Shown here in pieces: positions 58,160 to 64,000 of a stretch of DNA of 64,000 nucleotides. This stretch comes from Octopus vulgaris (lineage: Eukaryota), in the NCBI GenBank assembly GCA_951406725.2, contig OX597836.1, positions 14,446,001 to 14,510,000 of the forward strand. The letters are read 5' to 3'. Both the position numbers and the translations under genes were made by a program. How positions within the stretch are numbered: position 1 is the stretch's first letter; each line of letters starts with the position of its first letter. Below the pieces are notes generated by a model that did no database searches, had not been told where the DNA came from, and was given only the letters and a program-made list of their open reading frames with translations.

Positions 58160-60223
58160 TTTATATATATACAAACACACATACGTACACACACGTGTAT
58201 GTATAAACAGTTCAATAATGAATTGAAGGATTACTCATTACTGTAGATATTGATGAATTTCTTTTTTCGTGTAATGTTTGACAGTGCTTTGACGTTTCGG
58301 CTTACTAACCGTCATCAGTCTGTTCAAAACGTCGATATTCTGACCATGATTACTTCATTTCGCCAAAAAGCCTGATTTTTTAGAAGAAAAAATATACAAA
58401 ACTCCATCTCCTCCCGCCAAAATATAATAAAAGAAACAATCAGCAATCAAATACAATAGCGAAAATTACTCGAAGGATAAGTAACCAAAAGAATACGTAA
58501 CTAACAGTTTCATATTAACTGCAGTTTTGAAGCCAGTGATATTAATCTAACTTCCGAAATTTATGCAAATTTACTCTTCAAATATTTCATGAAGTCTGCT
58601 TTTTGTTATTCAACACATGTTTTTAGGGGAATTTGTTTAAATATCCAAATATTGTTTTCAGTAAACAAATCACATTTAAAAAAAAAAATCTATTTCCAAT
58701 AATTATCGGAAGAAAAACATTGGAGACAATCTCTGCAAAAATATGGAAATTATGTATTTTCGGTAGAGAATGGTTTTTACTGTGTAAACAAAGAAACCAT
58801 TTTGGATGTGATTTTAAAAAAAATTCCGATTAAAAAAAAAAAGTTTAATGTCATTTGATGTTTTTGTTTTGTTTGTTGTTTTCTGGAAGTTCATTTTTGA
58901 AAGAAAAAGTTATATTGTTCCTTACTGTATTGGCATGAATGTCACAAGTTCCAGTTGCGTTTCTTTATCTTTACCCAACGGTATATTTACAGTTTAATGG
59001 GGTTTAGTTCATTTCGTTTTTCGTTATTTATTTGTCCTCTAATCCAGTGCCATGATCAAAAGCATTTAATATGTGACCATCCTTCATTTCTTTTACAGGC
59101 ATACTGTCTCTCGGACACCGTTAGCCAATGCATCTTTCCCTGGAATAAGATATAGAGTGTTTGATATAAGTGGGATTTCTCTGCTATTTTACGGCGATGT
59201 TTTCGTTGACTCGTTTTTCCATTAAATTTTAAGTCGCAGTGTATTTTTCCTTACCTTCAATTTACAGTCTTATTCTCTTTGGCATTAAGGTAATCAAATT
59301 TATTTATCAAGACAGTGAAGGTAATATAAGTGTTCTTTTCTTTAGTTTGTTTTCTTTTTCTTCGTTTGTGTTGCTTTCTCAAGCTTGTTCTCTCCTTACT
59401 TCATTGACGTGAGTTCAAATGATGTAAGCGATGAATTTATGTTTTAATATTTTCCAGGCTTCAAATACGTTTCTGCGGTACACAGTCGACATCTTTGTGG
59501 ACCTAGTGTCTCATTTAATCGTTTCAATTGACCAAGAGCCCAGCGATTTCCGTTGACCTAATACGTCATCACTTCCGCTATCATAGTGCGCAGTCATATC
59601 CGTTTCACCAAGCGTCGACTGAATTCAATCGGCATAGTCAAAATAAATAATAGTTCTTTTTCAACTTCGTTTTTTTTATCATTCTAAACAAACACAATTG
59701 TTATTAGCAATAATAATAATAATAATAAAGCGTAATTTCCTTCATACTAATAAGTGAAGGAATTTGAAGAATATTTTCATATATTCTTTTTTATCTTGAA
59801 GAAATCGTTCTTCTTCCGTGATTGTTTCTTTTATAATAATCACATTCCTTATGAATTTTTAATAATTTTTCAGCAATATACATACACACACACACAGACA
59901 CATACATACACACATACATATATAAGAATGTATATATGTGTATATATATATAGCAGTGATCCAACAGATTTAAAAATCAATATTTGTGCCAGATAGTTTT
60001 CTTTTTCCTTCTTTTTTTTTTGTGATTTAGTATTGTTAGCAGAGATGAAATCCAGGTGTTTCATGAAGAAAAAGAGGGGAGAAAATCAAAAATACTTTTT
60101 AATGTTACTTGCAGATTAGCAAGAGGTTCACAATATTTTTTTAAATTTCTATGATCGTTTAACAATTTGCCAGTTTGTCAGATTTAGTTGTTGAAACACA
60201 TATTTACGTGTATATATATTCAC

Positions 60224-60254
<31 letters not shown>

Positions 60255-60420
60255 TATATGTGTATATATGTATGTATATATGTATGTATATATGTATGCA
60301 TGTACGTACACATTGAATGGTCTGTTTTGACATTTCCTTTGGAATTATCAAATGTTGACTAGGCTATTGTGTTACGAATCCATGGAGTTTAAAAAATATA
60401 TGTGTATATACGTACATGTC

Positions 60421-60479
<59 letters not shown>

Positions 60480-61344
60480 GCATATGTGTGTACGTGTATA
60501 TTGCATGTTGTGTCATATGATATCGGTTAAAACCTTGTCCTTTTGTTTGTTTATTATTTTTGATATTTTTTTTCCCTTTCTGATGTTTTCAGTGAAATGA
60601 TGTCATCACATACAAAAGGTAGAATGAAATGACTGCTTCGCATTTTTGTCTGTTCTTTTTCGTTTGTTCCTTTCTTTCTCTTTTTTGTTATCATTATTGT
60701 TGTGTGGTATCCATAAGATATCCGACACGACATAAGCATTTAGTTGATTTTCTTTTATTTGTTTCATTATTTTTTTTTACGTTCCTTTTCTTTTCCACTT
60801 TATTTCGTTTCTATCGTCATCTGTTTCCTTGTGTACACGATTTTTAAACCACTCTCACTTCACAGTCCTTTTCGTCAGGAATCATCAAATGCACTCGCTG
60901 CTCATTCAAATCTTACCGATGTTGTTGCTGTAGTTGTCATAGCTGAACTTATTGTTCCTTCTGTTATTGATGTTCTTGTTGCTGTGGTTCTTGAATTACA
61001 TTTTCTTTATCCTTTTATCATTTGCGATGGCATACATGCACGTAGATACGTATGTATGTATGTATGTATGTATGTATGTATGTATGTATGTATGTATGTA
61101 TGTATGTGTGTGTGTGTATATATGATTGTTCTTAGTTTTCTTATAGCTGTTGTTGTTGTTGTTATTTATGTTGCCGTTGCTGCTGTTGCCGTTGTCTGTT
61201 TATTTTTACTTTTGTTTTGTTATTTTTAATGACATTTACGCATGGGAATATGTATGTGTGTATATATATATATATATATAAATATGTATACACATATACG
61301 AGTATATATCTATATATATGCGCATGAGAATAAGTTTGTATGTG

Positions 61345-61375
<31 letters not shown>

Positions 61376-61739
61376 GCGATTGAGGATAAGTATGTGTATC
61401 ATATATATATATGTCTGCGTGTGTGTAAATTTGTATGGATGGATGAAAGTATGAATGTACATTTGTGTGTATGTATGTATGTATACATGTATGTATGTAT
61501 ATATACATATATGTATGCATGTATGTATAAATATGTATAAATATAAATAGTTATTTAAAGCTTTGGAAGCTAAAATTTTGTTTTCTCAGATTATATAGAA
61601 TAGGGAATCACGTGGTGGATATCATATCGTCAGGGGAAGTTACTGACAGAAGTTACAATGAAATATACACACACTAACACACACACATACACACACACTC
61701 ACGCACGCACATATGCGCGTGCGTGTATTTATATATATA

Positions 61740-61778
<39 letters not shown>

Positions 61779-61810
61779 ATATATACAAATATATACATAT
61801 GAGACACTCG

Positions 61811-61859
<49 letters not shown>

Positions 61860-62460
61860 GCACACATTTGCATCTCTGTATATGCATGTGCATGTGTGTG
61901 TATGTGTGTGCGCTTTCAGCACGCATGCGTCTATATACATTAATATATATGTATACATGTTTATATGTGTGTGTGTTTGTGTTTGTGTTATGTATTCAAG
62001 TATGGATATATATATATATATATATTTATATATACATACATATATACATTCATATACACACACATACACAGTCATACACACACACACATCATTTTAAGTC
62101 GAACCATTGGCTGCCATTGATGACCAATTTAACCGCTTATTGGCCAATCAGCAATGGACGTCCCTGATTTCTTATCATCATCACCAGTGCTGTAGGAGAC
62201 ATCCAGTGGACGTCATCTCATAGAATGTACTTCCTTGTTCCCCCTTTTGGGGGTCAATGGTGGTGCAAAATAACAAAAATCAAAAACAAAAAAAAAACAA
62301 GTTGTGAACTGGATCCCTAATCTTCAGCTAACCCCCGATCTTATTTGGAGTTTGTCCCATAAGCCGTCAGGTTATTGTTCTACCTTCTGTGCAAACAGAT
62401 AGTCCTATTAAATCAAGAATTCCTATTGTAAAATGCATTAGCTGTATATGGGCAGAATTA

Positions 62461-62555
62461 ACAGAGTGACTCAGGGGCCGAGAGTTTCATGCGTTAGCAC
62501 TTCTCAACTTTGTAAGTGTTAACGCACGAAACTTTCGGCTTTTGAGTCACTCTGT
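62461..62555 (+). other. 42-bp hairpin (candidate structured RNA or MITE-like relic)
   Basis: Arms 62461-62502 and 62514-62555: 36 Watson-Crick pairs, 5 G-U pairs, 1 mismatch, 11-nt loop. Confidence 0.8.
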
Positions 62556-62610
62556 CACTTGTGCCAAATACTTATAACAATATAGCATATAATACACAAT
62601 ATATATAAAC

Positions 62611-62642
<32 letters not shown>

Positions 62643-62652
62643 ATATACATAT

Positions 62653-62703
<51 letters not shown>

Positions 62704-62766
62704 ATATATATGTATATATACATGAATATATATATATGAATATATATATATGTATATATGTATATA

Positions 62767-62804
<38 letters not shown>

Positions 62805-62822
62805 TATATTCATATATATATG

Positions 62823-62886
<64 letters not shown>

Positions 62887-62924
62887 CATATGCATATGTA
62901 CGTATGCACATATATACTTTTATG

Positions 62925-62958
<34 letters not shown>

Positions 62959-62974
62959 CGGCATAAACCAGCAA

Positions 62975-63160
62975 TATTAGGGGATGGGACCTTGTCGATT
63001 ACGTCGACGCTAATGTTTGACTGGAACCTTATTTTATAGACCTAGAAAGATTAAAAGGCAAAGTTTACCTCTGCGGGAATTGAACTCTGAACGTTAAGAG
63101 CCGGAAGAAGTGCCGCTAAGCATTTTATCCGACAAGCTTACGATACTGCCAGCTCGCCGC
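62975..63160 (-). mobile_element. Diverged SINE A
   Basis: Head CTGCCAGCTCGCCGC and degenerate core. Confidence 0.7.
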
Positions 63161-63397
63161 TTTCTATAGTTCTTTCTCTCCAATATCTGACATATGTGTC
63201 CAACTCGTTTGCTTGCACTGCTCAAAGTTCAATGTCCTCCGGTAGGAAAGTCACTTGTATTAAGCTAGCGCTCTAGCCCTGAGCGCGACCCTTACCGCAA
63301 TCGTATTAAAATTTGCGCAAACGAGGATTCCACACTGCCAATTGGTTTTGTGGCCTCTACCACTCCGCCATACAATGCTGGAAAGATTTTTGATGAA

Positions 63398-63487
63398 CTA
63401 ATTGTTAACGAGGGATCGCTAATTGTTAATGAAGGTTGGCTAATTATTAATGAGGGATTGCTAATTGTTAATGAATGATTGCTAATC
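63398..63487. repeat. 21-bp minisatellite, ~4.3 units
   Basis: CTAATTGTTAACGAGGGATCG / CTAATTGTTAATGAAGGTTGG / CTAATTATTAATGAGGGATTG / CTAATTGTTAATGAATGATTG. Confidence 0.85.
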
Positions 63488-63676
63488 ATTTCTCTGAATT
63501 TCTGGCTAGATGTTGTCTTGTTTCTAATCAAAGACATTCTAGCCGTGACCATTCCATCGCCTGAGCTTTTGTATGTGTGTGTGTGTGTGAGTGCGCGTGT
63601 GTGTGCATGATAATGTTTTTGTACGTGATCGGTCAAGCACGTGGACGTGCATAGGTGGATGCGTACACGTGTATGT

Positions 63677-63732
<56 letters not shown>

Positions 63733-64000
63733 AGACACACTCATATATATACACACACACATATATATATATATATACACATGCATATATATATATATAT
63801 ATATATATGCAAAATCTATACGTATACATACACACAGATACTTTATATGTAAATAAATAAATATATATACGTATGTCTGCATGTATATGTATAATATATA
63901 TGCATGGACATATATATATATGTGTGTGTATGTGTGTGTGTGTGTGTATGTGTGTCTGTGTGTATATGTGTCTGTGTGTCTGAGTGTATGTGTGTCTGTG

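Overview
AT-rich, microsatellite-saturated eukaryotic non-coding DNA. It is most likely from an octopus or other coleoid cephalopod; this is inferred from the SINE families and a mollusc-like cytochrome b NUMT. I found no intact host protein-coding gene, and almost all ORFs in the track are translations of simple repeats. Supported content: (1) a cluster of four tRNA-Val genes plus a half copy at 7.0-12.4 kb. All sit on a Val-TAC-type body, three carry an AAC anticodon, and all have an atypical U73 discriminator. (2) A cytb NUMT split by a SINE with a target-site duplication. (3) A full-length defective mariner nested in a probable Helitron, plus Tc1, mariner, maT, CR1-type and RTE-type relics. 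(4) At least three tRNA-derived SINE families. (5) An 8.5-kb (GGAT)n satellite with higher-order duplications. (6) Several Penelope-type hammerhead ribozyme motifs, the best with an intact core, an unusually long stem II and flanking 92-bp inverted repeats. (7) A kilobase-scale inverted duplication and a 42-bp RNA-type hairpin. All coordinates and pairings were read by eye; no searches or folding were run.
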